Shown here one piece after another: positions 10,755-20,608 of a DNA stretch of 64,000 nucleotides. A program made the translations under genes and the position numbers. How positions within the stretch are numbered: the stretch's first letter is position 1; each line of letters begins with the position of its first letter. The stretch lies in NCBI GenBank assembly GCA_965209155.1, contig OZ242383.1, positions 3,424,001 to 3,488,000 on the forward strand. Direction: 5' to 3'. Source of the DNA: a bacterium (GTDB lineage: Bacteria > SAR324 > NAC60-12). The notes below the pieces were generated by a model, which was not told the origin of the DNA, searched no databases, and saw nothing but the letters and a program-made list of their open reading frames with translations.

Positions 10755-11609
10755 ATGTCGGGACATCCTGGTTACTTCAGCTTGAGTGAACGAATCTGGT
10801 ACTACCTGTTCCGTTTGTTTTGCGCGTGTGTTTTCTTTTTTCTGATTTTTCCGATTTTCGTCATCGTACCGCTTTCCTTCAATGCGGTTCCTTTTTTTTC
10901 GTTCACCTCGGAGATGCTGACCCTGGACCCACAAGGATATTCGCTACGTTGGTATGAGGATTTCTTCACCAACCCGAACTGGCTGGGATCCGTTCAAAAC
11001 AGCTTCATCATTGCTTTCTTTTCCACCCTGGTTGCCACGGTGCTGGGAACGCTTGCTGCTCTGGGATTGAGTCATCCCCGTTTCCCTTTCCGTACGTTGG
11101 TGATGGGGATATTGATTTCACCCATGATCGTCCCTTTGGTCATCACTGCCGCAGGGATGTTCTTCTTTTACTCGCGAATTCACCTGCAGGGCACGCACAT
11201 CGGCGTCATTCTGGCGCACACGGCTCTCTCTACCCCATTCGTGGTGATTGTGGTGACCGCCACCCTGGTGGGATTCGACACGACCATGGTTCGCGCAGCA
11301 GCCAGTCTGGGAGCCTCACCCCTTCGTACTTTCTTCAGGATCACCATCCCTTTGATCGCTCCCGGGGTCATCTCCGGAGCACTGCTTGCTTTTATCACCT
11401 CCTTCGATGAAGTGGTCGTGGTACTCTTTGTCGGTAGTTTCAAGCAGCGCACCATTCCATGGCAAATGTTTTCCGGGATCCGGGAACAAATCAGCCCCAC
11501 CATTTTAGCTGTGGCTTCGATGCTGATTCTCTTTTCCATCACTCTCCTCATCACCCTCGAATGGCTTCGTTACCGAAACGAACGGCTGAGGGGTATAACG
11601 CACAGCTGA
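10755..11609 (+). CDS. ABC transporter permease (PotC-like)
   Basis: YSLRWY, RAAASLGASP, TSFDEVVV. Confidence 0.9.
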   Translation: MSGHPGYFSLSERIWYYLFRLFCACVFFFLIFPIFVIVPLSFNAVPFFSFTSEMLTLDPQGYSLRWYEDFFTNPNWLGSVQNSFIIAFFSTLVATVLGTLAALGLSHPRFPFRTLVMGILISPMIVPLVITAAGMFFFYSRIHLQGTHIGVILAHTALSTPFVVIVVTATLVGFDTTMVRAAASLGASPLRTFFRITIPLIAPGVISGALLAFITSFDEVVVVLFVGSFKQRTIPWQMFSGIREQISPTILAVASMLILFSITLLITLEWLRYRNERLRGITHS

Positions 11610-11620
11610 TCCAAGCATTG

Positions 11621-11790
11621 AGGTAGCAATTCTCTTTCCTTTATCATTTCAAACCACTTGTCATCCTGAAAGCATTCCCCTTCCCCTTGAGGGAGGGCCA
11701 GGTAGCAATTTTCTTTCCTTTATCATTTCAAACCCCTTGCCATCCAGAAAGCATTCCCCCTCCACTTGAGGGAGGGGCCAGGGGAGGGGT
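11621..11790. repeat. Tandem ~79-bp duplication ending in a C/G-rich REP-like palindrome
   Basis: AGGTAGCAATT..CATTCCCC..TTGAGGGAGGG(G)CC at 11621-11699 and 11700-11779. Confidence 0.85.
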
Positions 11791-11856
11791 TCGCCGGGAG
11801 AGGCTTGGGGATGGGCAGGATAGGACAATGCGGCCCGGCATGAATCAATGGCTTAC

Positions 11857-13428
11857 CTACTGCCTGACAATGGCAGCGCGTTGACCGCGCAGGACATACT
11901 TTTGAACTTTCCCGGTTGCCGTCTTGGGTAATTCCTCGACAAACGATATCCATTGTGGTGTTTTGAAATGCGCGAGGCGATCGCGTACAAACTGTTTCAG
12001 CTCGTCTTCACTGGCCTGCGCGCCTGCGCGTAACACGACAAAGGCATGGGGTGATTCACCCCATTTTTCATGGGGTACGCCCACTATGGCTATTTCCTGG
12101 ACAGCAGGGTGACGTAAGAGCACGCCTTCTACTTCCACCGTAGAAATATTTTCACCACCACTGATGATGACGTCCTTGATACGATCGCGAATCTCGATGT
12201 AGCCATCCGTGTGAACGACGGCGGCATCTCCGGTATGAAACCATCCGTCTCGTATCGCCGCCGCAGTCGCTTCCGGATCGTTGTAGTACCCCTTCATGAC
12301 GACGTTGCCCCGTACGACGATCTCGCCCATCGTCTTTCCATCATGAGGCACCTCGTTCCCTTCCTCATCCATGACGATTAACTCCCCCGAGGTGAGCAGT
12401 TCCACGCCTTGTCTGGCTTTGACGTTCGCCTTTTCTCGAGGAGAAAGTTTCGCGTGTTCGGGCCGTTCTTCACAAATAGTGATGAACGGCGCTGTTTCCG
12501 TGAGCCCATACACGTGCGTCAACTTCCAGCCCAATTCACCCTCGATCCGCTCGATGGTAGCAGCAGCCGGTGGCGCCCCTGCCGTGAACAGACGCACGTT
12601 CCGCCTCGTGACGCGGCGCAGTTCTTCTGGCGCGTTGGCGATACCGATGAGCACGGTCGGTGCTGCACAGAACATGCTGACGTCCTCGTTCTCCATCAGT
12701 TCGAAAATAACGCCTGGTTCCACCTTGCGCAAACAGATATGCGTGGCGCCCCTTGCCGTCACGATCCACACGAAGGTCCATCCATTGGCATGGAACATGG
12801 GCAGCGTCCACAGGTAACGGTCTTCAGGAGCGAGCGGGCGATGCGCAAGCGTGCCCACCACGTTCATCCAGACGTTGCGGTGGGTCATCATCACTCCTTT
12901 GGGACGCGCTGTGGTGCCGCTGGTGTAGTTGATGGTGATGAGGTCGTTTTCATCGATAAATGGTTGCGTGAAATCGGTAGTGGAGCCAGTGAGAGCCATT
13001 TCGTAGTCCAACCAGCCTTCCCGTGAGCCTTCCAGGGCCACGAAATGTTCCACATTCGGCAATTGATGGCGAATATCGCTTACGGTATCCAGGTAATCAC
13101 TGTGAGCGCAAACTACGCGGGCGCCACTGTGATTGATGATGTAGACGAAATCGTCGGCGTTGAGTCGATAGTTGATCGGTACGAGAACCGCTCCCACCTG
13201 CGGTACCGCGTAGAATGACTCGAGCTGGGCATGAGTGTTCGGCGCGATTGTGGCCACCCGGTCTCCTTGTCCGATACCGAGCCCTTGCAGTGTAGATGAC
13301 CAACGGTCACATCGCTCGAAAAATTGCTCATAGCTGAGACGGAGCTGTCCATCAACGACAGCTTCACGGTCGGGATACAACCGGCGCGCCCGTCGCGCAA
13401 ACTCCATGGGTGTCAATGGCATTTCCAT
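11857..13428 (-). CDS. Acyl-CoA synthetase / long-chain fatty acid--CoA ligase
   Basis: YTSGTTARPKG, YGLTET, WFHTGD, IISGGENI, LPKTATGKVQK. Confidence 0.93.
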   Translation of the reverse strand: MEMPLTPMEFARRARRLYPDREAVVDGQLRLSYEQFFERCDRWSSTLQGLGIGQGDRVATIAPNTHAQLESFYAVPQVGAVLVPINYRLNADDFVYIINHSGARVVCAHSDYLDTVSDIRHQLPNVEHFVALEGSREGWLDYEMALTGSTTDFTQPFIDENDLITINYTSGTTARPKGVMMTHRNVWMNVVGTLAHRPLAPEDRYLWTLPMFHANGWTFVWIVTARGATHICLRKVEPGVIFELMENEDVSMFCAAPTVLIGIANAPEELRRVTRRNVRLFTAGAPPAAATIERIEGELGWKLTHVYGLTETAPFITICEERPEHAKLSPREKANVKARQGVELLTSGELIVMDEEGNEVPHDGKTMGEIVVRGNVVMKGYYNDPEATAAAIRDGWFHTGDAAVVHTDGYIEIRDRIKDVIISGGENISTVEVEGVLLRHPAVQEIAIVGVPHEKWGESPHAFVVLRAGAQASEDELKQFVRDRLAHFKTPQWISFVEELPKTATGKVQKYVLRGQRAAIVRQ

Positions 13429-13749
13429 AAATGCTCCTCCTAATGATGTGGCGAATGTCCGTTGCCGGCAGTTTGCTCAATGGAATGCTTGAGAACCGCA
13501 GCTCGAGGAATGTTGATCAAGCCTTACAACGGCCTGTATGATACAAAACCTGGTGAGGAATGTAAACCTTACATCAAATTCCCTTTATTGCTTAATCCAT
13601 GTTTTCGAATTACGGTCTCAACAGACTCGAACCATCTCAGCAGTGAATCAATTTCAGCATCCGTTCAGAAATTCTTCTCCCGAATGGCGGTGATGTCTTG
13701 TAAAATTTACGTAGCCTGAAATAGCGTTTCGGAAAGCGACCCCAAAATT

Positions 13750-14733
13750 TCACCCGGAGGAAGCCTGGTTCTTTCTTTCCGGATGGAGCAGGTCTTGGGT
13801 GCAGATTTCCCGGAACCTGCGGGCTTTTTGAAAATAAATATAAATCAATAGCGTTCCGGGTAGAAAGAGGGATAGCAGCCAGGGAGGGGATTGACGTTGC
13901 AAGGAATTCAGGGCAACCAGACAAAATGCGATGCCCACGGCAACCAGCAAAAAACAGGCACAGAGACGTATTTCCCAAAAACGATGCGGGGTTTGATGAA
14001 TACGATTTGATTGGAAATAAAGCAATTGTTCAGGCACTCGTAAGACTGCAAAATAGAGCCAGTGCATCAATCCCAGAACCAAGATGAACGATCCCAACCC
14101 ATCGCTGATCCAATGCGCTTTGGCCATGGAGCGGGCAATGATCATGGCCACTGAATATGCCAGCACGACCGCTGTCCAACTCCAACCAGCCAGGCGCCAC
14201 TTCTCAGAGATGAGTGGATTCGCTAAAAGCGCGTAGGAAAAGGAGAGTAACACGACGACGGAGGCCACGTGTCCACTTGGGAAGCTTCCATAAAAAATCC
14301 CATCGGCGACAAAATGGTTGCCGAATTCATACCAATGAGAATAATCGAGTTGATCCGCGAGTACGATGTGAGGACGCACTCTTCCCAAAGACCATTTGAT
14401 GCTATGCACAACCCCCAACCCTGCCGTGAGTGAGGCAAAGACGACAAACCCCAGGACGGGCCGAAGGGAGTACAACCAAGCCGGTACTTTGGCAGAATAC
14501 GAGCAAAAATAGAGAATTGCCGCAAACAAAAGAAAAAAAGTTGCAGGATCACTCCCTCCCAAAAGCCCGTCCTCGAACAGGGTGCGCCTCATGAATTCCG
14601 CAAATCCTTGCCAGCGGTTTTCTATCAGGAAAAGAGTCCATTGATAGTCCACGAAAACGACCCCCACCATCAAAAGCAAAAGGCATGCGAACAAAATCGA
14701 GAAGGAGGTGGAAGAATTTTTACCAAAGGTCAT
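13750..14733 (-). CDS. PAP2-family membrane phosphatase
   Basis: KxxxGRxRP, SFPSGH, R..AKAHWISD; many TM helices. Confidence 0.85.
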   Translation of the reverse strand: MTFGKNSSTSFSILFACLLLLMVGVVFVDYQWTLFLIENRWQGFAEFMRRTLFEDGLLGGSDPATFFLLFAAILYFCSYSAKVPAWLYSLRPVLGFVVFASLTAGLGVVHSIKWSLGRVRPHIVLADQLDYSHWYEFGNHFVADGIFYGSFPSGHVASVVVLLSFSYALLANPLISEKWRLAGWSWTAVVLAYSVAMIIARSMAKAHWISDGLGSFILVLGLMHWLYFAVLRVPEQLLYFQSNRIHQTPHRFWEIRLCACFLLVAVGIAFCLVALNSLQRQSPPWLLSLFLPGTLLIYIYFQKARRFREICTQDLLHPERKNQASSG

Positions 14734-14742
14734 GGATTCCTC

Positions 14743-15672
14743 TTAGATTTCCAGGAGGAGTGAGGCCAATATCTCCCGTCCACCCTCTTCCAGAATACGA
14801 TGGGCGACCTTTTGTCCCAATTGGCTTGCCTGTTCAGCAGGGGCTTCGGCTTGTTGACGGATGATGCGGGAGCCATCCGGGGTGGCCAGCAAAGCCCTGA
14901 GTTTCAAATGCTGTTGATGGATTTCGCAAAATCCGGCAATCGGGATGTTGCAACTGCCACCAAGCGTCGTTAAAACGGCTCGTTCCGCGCGTACGCAATA
15001 GGCCGTGTCCGGATCATGCAAATGAGAGAGATAAGAAAGGGTCGTTTCATCTTCCTTACGAGTTTGAATCCCAAGCGCTCCTTGGGCAATGGCGGGCAAC
15101 ATGATCGAGAAAGGCAAGGACTGTGCGATATGTTTTTCCAGACCCAGCCTTTTGAAGCCGGCCACTGCCATGACGGCCGCTTCGATTTCTCCTTCTTTCA
15201 CTTTCTGAAGTCTCGTGTCTATATTGCCACGAAGATGTTTGATCCTTATATTGGTCCGATATGCGCGGAGTTGGGCGGCTCGTCGCAACGAACTGGTTCC
15301 GATCACCGAATTTTCCGGCAGTGAATCCAGTTTATGTCCATGACGCGTGATCAGCCCATCGTCAGGAGCCTCCCTGGAGGGGATAATGGAAATTTCCAAC
15401 TCTTCCGGTAAAATCGCAGGAACGTCTTTCATGCTATGTACTGCCATATCGACTTGATGCTCAATCAGAGCAGTTTCCAATTCTTTAACAAACAGTCCCT
15501 TGCCTCCCAATTTTTCGAGAGTCTGGTCGAGGATACGATCTCCTTGCGTTTTTATAACCACCATCTCGACATCCAGACCGGGAAAACGAACCAGTATCTG
15601 GTCCCGCACCCAATTCGCCTGCCAAAGTGCCAGTCGACTGCCTCTCGTACCAATACGCAAAGGATGCTGCAT
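14743..15672 (-). CDS. hemC: Hydroxymethylbilane synthase (porphobilinogen deaminase)
   Basis: IGTRGSRLALWQA, GKGLFVKE, VHSMKDVP, GTSSLRR, GGSCNIPI. Confidence 0.98.
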   Translation of the reverse strand: MQHPLRIGTRGSRLALWQANWVRDQILVRFPGLDVEMVVIKTQGDRILDQTLEKLGGKGLFVKELETALIEHQVDMAVHSMKDVPAILPEELEISIIPSREAPDDGLITRHGHKLDSLPENSVIGTSSLRRAAQLRAYRTNIRIKHLRGNIDTRLQKVKEGEIEAAVMAVAGFKRLGLEKHIAQSLPFSIMLPAIAQGALGIQTRKEDETTLSYLSHLHDPDTAYCVRAERAVLTTLGGSCNIPIAGFCEIHQQHLKLRALLATPDGSRIIRQQAEAPAEQASQLGQKVAHRILEEGGREILASLLLEI

Positions 15673-15681
15673 GGTATATAT

Positions 15682-17019
15682 TTATTGAGAAGAACGAGAT
15701 TTGGGATGGCGCAGGAGTTGCCGTGCCGGAGAATTTACAGGTTTTTCCGTAAAGAGGGACGGAGGATCCAGGTCGAACAGGTCGATAAGAGATTCCAAAT
15801 AGAGGTGCCCGTCTTCACGGCTATTGAATTGACGCAGATTGTGAGATGGTTTATGTAAGATTTTGTTGATCAAGGTATGAATCATTTGCTCCACCTGCTC
15901 TTGTTGTTTTGGAGAAAGACTGCCCATCTTTTGCAAGGTTTTTTCCAATTCAGCATTACCGATTTCGTAAAAGGATTTACGTAGTGCCCGGATAGCAGGC
16001 ACCACGGAGAGGTTTTTGAACCATGAATGGAGTTTCTCCACTTCCTCCGTAATGATTTGTTCCGCAACCAGGGCTTGTTGTTCACGTTCTTTGCGATTGT
16101 CGTCTACCACGTTTTGGAGATCATCGATGTCATAAGCATAAACATTGGCAAGATTGTTCAATCGTGGATCAATGTCGCGGGGAACGGCAATATCAATAAA
16201 AAACATGGGAATCCCTTTTCTGCGTTTGATGCATCGTTTGACCATGGATTCAGTGATAATGAAATCCTGCGCCCCGGTGGATCCAATCACGATGTCGGCA
16301 TTTTCCAGGTAATCGGAAAGTTGTTCAAATCGAATGGCAGATCCCCAATTTTCTTCTGCGAGTTTCATTGCGTGGGCAAAGGTACGATTCGTAACCAGCA
16401 GTTTGGAAACTCCATTTTTAATAAAATATTTCACGGCCAATTCCGCCATCTCACCCGCCCCCACGACCAGGACGGTTTGCTGAGAAAGGTCGCTGAATAT
16501 ATGTTTTGCCAGTTCAACGGCAGCAAAGCTGATGGAAACCGCATTGTGGGCAATTCGAGTTTCGCTCCTTATTCTTTTGGCAGCGGAAAATGCGCGAGGA
16601 AAAAGTCCTTTGAAGAATGAACCAACAAAATGATGGTCGAGAAACTGCTGGTACGCTTCCTTGACTTGCCCCAGGATCTGAGGTTCACCCACGATCATGG
16701 AATCAAGGCTGGCAGATACTCGAAACAGGTGGCGAACCGCTTCAATATCGTATGCCTCATAAGACAATCCCGGCAAACCGGGAAGATGGATTTGTTGCGC
16801 CAACTGCTCCTTGATCCTTTGACTGGCCATGCGTGGTTGCTCGGCCACAAAATGATATTCCACCCGGTTGCAGGTTGAAAGTACAACCAACTCCTGAAAC
16901 CGGCAATCCTGCAATGTTTTACGGACCAGCGACTGTTGCTGCTCGTAAGACAAGGCCAATTTCTCCCTGATCTCGAGGGGGGTCTTTCTGAAATTCCAAC
17001 CTATAACGGCAAGTTTCAT
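15682..17019 (-). CDS. hemA: Glutamyl-tRNA reductase
   Basis: LSTCNRVE, SLDSMIVGEPQILGQVK, GAGEMA, IDIAVPRDI; start MKLAVIG preferred over 17088. Confidence 0.97.
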   Translation of the reverse strand: MKLAVIGWNFRKTPLEIREKLALSYEQQQSLVRKTLQDCRFQELVVLSTCNRVEYHFVAEQPRMASQRIKEQLAQQIHLPGLPGLSYEAYDIEAVRHLFRVSASLDSMIVGEPQILGQVKEAYQQFLDHHFVGSFFKGLFPRAFSAAKRIRSETRIAHNAVSISFAAVELAKHIFSDLSQQTVLVVGAGEMAELAVKYFIKNGVSKLLVTNRTFAHAMKLAEENWGSAIRFEQLSDYLENADIVIGSTGAQDFIITESMVKRCIKRRKGIPMFFIDIAVPRDIDPRLNNLANVYAYDIDDLQNVVDDNRKEREQQALVAEQIITEEVEKLHSWFKNLSVVPAIRALRKSFYEIGNAELEKTLQKMGSLSPKQQEQVEQMIHTLINKILHKPSHNLRQFNSREDGHLYLESLIDLFDLDPPSLFTEKPVNSPARQLLRHPKSRSSQ

Positions 17020-17163
17020 GGAGTCGACTGTTCGGGTGTAATGTTTGTCCGCCTGGCATTCCTGCATGACACCAAAAAGGATAGTCATTGTCTAACCTGC
17101 GCTAATCAGATAAGATCGTAGCGTTTTTGGGATTTTATATCAAATTTTAATTGCAAGAAGTTC

Positions 17164-17733
17164 ATGCCGAATTCATTCCCGAATTGGATCACTCCCAATC
17201 GACTGACGCTCACCAGGGTCTTATTGATTCCCGTGATTTACGTTCTTGTTTTTCTGGATACTCAAATTTTGCTGGCCATCGCCTGGTTGCTTTTTTTCAT
17301 CGCCTGCATGACGGATTACTGGGATGGTTTACTGGCTCGCCAGACAGGCACTACGACCGATTTTGGCAGGTTAATGGATCCCATTGCAGACAAAATCCTG
17401 ATCATCTCTTTGTTGATACTTTTAGTCGGAATGGAGAGAGCGCCAGCGCACTTGACCGCTTTGATCATTGTGAGAGAATTTGCGGTGTCGGGATTGAGAT
17501 CGGTTGTGGTTGCTCAGGGGGTTGTGATTGCTGCGAGTAAGGAAAGCAAATATAAAACGATTTTGCAAATGTTCGCAGTGGGTTTTCTGATTCTGCACTA
17601 CCCCATTTTGGGGATTCCTTGCCACGAAGTGGGTATTGTTTTGCTCTGGGCAGCCACCTTATTTACCCTGTGGACGGGGGCGCGTTATTTTTTATCCTAC
17701 TACCAGGTTGCTTTTTCCGATAGCAGTTCTTGA
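17164..17733 (+). CDS. pgsA: CDP-diacylglycerol--glycerol-3-phosphate 3-phosphatidyltransferase
   Basis: PNRLTLTR, TDYWDGLLAR..TDFGRLMDPIADK, REFAVSGLR. Confidence 0.93.
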   Translation: MPNSFPNWITPNRLTLTRVLLIPVIYVLVFLDTQILLAIAWLLFFIACMTDYWDGLLARQTGTTTDFGRLMDPIADKILIISLLILLVGMERAPAHLTALIIVREFAVSGLRSVVVAQGVVIAASKESKYKTILQMFAVGFLILHYPILGIPCHEVGIVLLWAATLFTLWTGARYFLSYYQVAFSDSSS

Positions 17734-18693
17734 ACCAGAAAGATTGAACTGCATTTCCAGGTATTGCGGAATCCGCTGATCCAGCCAACCAATTGATTTC
17801 CAGGGCCACTTTCCTCCAATGAAACCGACGTGTCCCCCACGTGGTAATAGCTCCAGTTTAATCAGAGAAGACATTTCTTCTGTTCGAGGGATGGCATCGG
17901 GTGTCATGAAAGGGTCATCCTTCGCATGGATGATCAAGGTGGGTATTTGAATTGCCTTCAGGTAAGGTCGGCAACTTGCTGTCGCATAATAATGATCGAC
18001 GCCACGAAATCCATGGAGCGGAGCGGTGATACGATCGTCAAATTCCCGGATGGAAGGAATTGCTTTTATGAACCCGGCAGTGAAGGGCAGGGGGAGCACT
18101 GTCGATTTGCGCAGCGCCGAACGGCGTAAGAGACGCAGGAAGTACCAATGATAAATTCGAGAAAAGCCTTTTTCCAGACGACGCATTGCTTTTTCCAATT
18201 CAAATGGTACGGAAACGGCAACTGCGGCTTGAATGGGGAGGTTTGATCCGCTTTCCGCCATCCACTTCAACAATACGTTGCCCCCCAAAGAATAACCAAT
18301 CACCGCAAACGGCGTTTGTGGTTCTCTTTGGCGGAGCAAATCGACAAGACAGGCCAAATCATGGGTATGCCCGGCATGATAACTCTGTGGCAAACGATTC
18401 GCATGATAACCACAATTGCGAAAATGCATCAATACGCCTCGCCACCCTTTTTGATGGAAAGCAGCCAGGACACCTTGAATGTAATTCGACTCGATGCATC
18501 CTTCCAAACCATGCAGGACAATGACAATCGGTCCCTGTTTGCCCAAAGTCCATCTCAGGTCCAGGAAATCTCCATCATCGAGCTCCAGGAATTCCGGATT
18601 GGTTTCAACCTGCGGAGCTTTTCGCACCCATGAAGCCCAAATTGTCTGCGCATGAGCATGCGGCAACCACCAGGCCGGTTTGAAAGGCTGCAT
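17692..18693 (-). CDS. YheT-like alpha/beta hydrolase
   Basis: LHGLEG, GYSLGG nucleophile elbow, HAKDDPF, GGHVGF. Confidence 0.9.
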   Translation of the reverse strand: MQPFKPAWWLPHAHAQTIWASWVRKAPQVETNPEFLELDDGDFLDLRWTLGKQGPIVIVLHGLEGCIESNYIQGVLAAFHQKGWRGVLMHFRNCGYHANRLPQSYHAGHTHDLACLVDLLRQREPQTPFAVIGYSLGGNVLLKWMAESGSNLPIQAAVAVSVPFELEKAMRRLEKGFSRIYHWYFLRLLRRSALRKSTVLPLPFTAGFIKAIPSIREFDDRITAPLHGFRGVDHYYATASCRPYLKAIQIPTLIIHAKDDPFMTPDAIPRTEEMSSLIKLELLPRGGHVGFIGGKWPWKSIGWLDQRIPQYLEMQFNLSGSRTAIGKSNLVVG

Positions 18694-18938
18694 TGAATTT
18701 CTCTCCGAGATATCAATTGAAAATCAATAACTGCCGGAAACGAGGAAATGGAAATCAGGAAAAGAAAACTTGATTCATTCAAGAGATCCGGCGTATATTA
18801 CCAGCAGTGAAAAAAACCCGCCGTCCATTCCATCTTGCGTTTCCGGTTTTTGGAATCGAGTTTTTCAAATAGATTATCGTTAATGTTTCAACGATTCAAG
18901 AGCGGTGTGACGCATTCACATTCAACCCATTGGATCTC

Positions 18939-19529
18939 ATGGCCCGTATTGCCGAAAAAATCCGTTCCACGACTGAAACAACCGTCGAAGTGCGTCTCGA
19001 CCTCGATGGTACCGGAAAATTCAAGATAGACACCGGGATCGGCTACCTCGATCATATGTTGCAACAATTTGCCTTTCACAGTCTTTTTGACCTGGTTCTC
19101 GAGTGCAAAGGCGATCTTCACATTGACGGCCACCATACCACCGAGGACGTTGCCATTACCTTGGCGGAAGCCTTTCAAGAGGCGTTGGGGGATAAAAAGG
19201 GAATTCGCCGTTACGCCCATGCTTACGTCCCGATGGATGAAGCGCTATTGCGCTCTGCACTCGACGTTTCAGGCCGTCCCGAGTTTCATTTTCAAGGAGA
19301 ATTCAACCACCCTGCCCTGGGAAAATTGGACACTCAATTGATTCCCCATTTTTTCAAATCATTTGCCATGGTGGCGCGAGTGACCCTTCATATGGCCATT
19401 TTGTATGGAGAAAACGACCATCACAAGTGCGAAGGATTATTCAAAAGCCTGGCTCGCGCTTTGCGCGATGCCGTGCAAATTGATCCACAACGGGAACAAA
19501 TCGCATCCACTAAAGGAACACTGAAATGA
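18939..19529 (+). CDS. hisB: Imidazoleglycerol-phosphate dehydratase
   Basis: TGIGYLDHML, GDLHIDGHHTTED, PMDEAL, NDHHKCE, STKGTL. Confidence 0.97.
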   Translation: MARIAEKIRSTTETTVEVRLDLDGTGKFKIDTGIGYLDHMLQQFAFHSLFDLVLECKGDLHIDGHHTTEDVAITLAEAFQEALGDKKGIRRYAHAYVPMDEALLRSALDVSGRPEFHFQGEFNHPALGKLDTQLIPHFFKSFAMVARVTLHMAILYGENDHHKCEGLFKSLARALRDAVQIDPQREQIASTKGTLK

Positions 19530-20125
19530 ACGTCATTGTAGATTACCAGGCCGGCAATCTGGCCAATCTAAAAAATGCCTTGGATTACTTGGAACTGGAA
19601 AATCAAATTGCCACGAATGCGGAAACCATCAAAGACGCCAGCCACATCCTCATGCCCGGGGTTGGCGCCTTCCAGCCTGCCATGGGAAACCTGCGAAAAT
19701 CAGGGATGATGGAAGCTATCCTGGAGCAAATTGATGCGGGAGTGCCGTTCCTGGGAATCTGCCTCGGCTTGCAGCTTCTGTTCAGTGAAGGTTGGGAAGG
19801 GGGCAAGCATGAAGGGCTGGGAATTATCGAAGGTGTAGTAGTGCGCTTTGATCATGAATTGAAAATTCCTCAAATGGGATGGAATCAAGTCGTTTATTGC
19901 CGGGAAGATCCCCTTTTTCGGAATATTCCGGACAACAGTCACTTTTATTTTGTCCACTCTTACCATGGGGTTCCCGAAAATGCGGAGGTCACGCTGGCCC
20001 AAACGGACTATGGCATCCCCTTCACTTCCGTGTTGCATTCAGAGAACGTTTGGGGGGTGCAGTTTCACCCTGAAAAAAGTCAATCAGTCGGCTTGCGGTT
20101 GTTGAATAATTTTTGTCATCTCTAA
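19526..20125 (+). CDS. hisH: Imidazole glycerol phosphate synthase glutamine amidotransferase subunit
   Basis: PGVGAF, GICLGLQ, YFVHSY, QFHPEKS. Confidence 0.97.
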   Translation: MNVIVDYQAGNLANLKNALDYLELENQIATNAETIKDASHILMPGVGAFQPAMGNLRKSGMMEAILEQIDAGVPFLGICLGLQLLFSEGWEGGKHEGLGIIEGVVVRFDHELKIPQMGWNQVVYCREDPLFRNIPDNSHFYFVHSYHGVPENAEVTLAQTDYGIPFTSVLHSENVWGVQFHPEKSQSVGLRLLNNFCHL

Positions 20126-20179
20126 GCCGGACTGCCGGGTTGACGAATCCAGGGAATTCATTTGAGAGAGGAAGAAAAA

Positions 20180-20608
20180 ATGGCAAAAGAGCAAACATTG
20201 TCAATTATTAAACCCGATGGGGTTTGCCGGAATATAATTGGAAAACTCCTCAGTCGATTCGAAAACAACGGGTTGCAGGTGGTCGCCATGAAAATGATCC
20301 ACCTGACTAAAAGGGAAGCGGAAGGTTTTTATGCCGTGCACAAGGAACGTCCTTTTTTCAGCAGTTTGACCGATTACATGAGTTCGGGACCGATCGTCGT
20401 GCAGGTGCTTGAAGGCGAGAATGCGATTGCCAGAAACAGGGAAATCATGGGAGCTACCAATCCTGCGGAAGCGGAGGAAGGGAGCATCCGAAAAGACTAT
20501 GCCCTCGATATCGAGCAAAACACCGTGCATGGCTCCGATAGTGCGGAATCAGCTGCCAGCGAAATCGCCTATTTCTTTGCAATTACGGAATTGGTCCATC
20601 CTTCCTGA
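20180..20608 (+). CDS. ndk: Nucleoside diphosphate kinase
   Basis: [34 protein letters not shown]. Confidence 0.98.
   Translation: MAKEQTLSIIKPDGVCRNIIGKLLSRFENNGLQVVAMKMIHLTKREAEGFYAVHKERPFFSSLTDYMSSGPIVVQVLEGENAIARNREIMGATNPAEAEEGSIRKDYALDIEQNTVHGSDSAESAASEIAYFFAITELVHPS

Noticed and set aside
11621..11790. CRISPR array
   Set aside because: Only two ~79-bp tandem units, no unique spacers, no cas genes.
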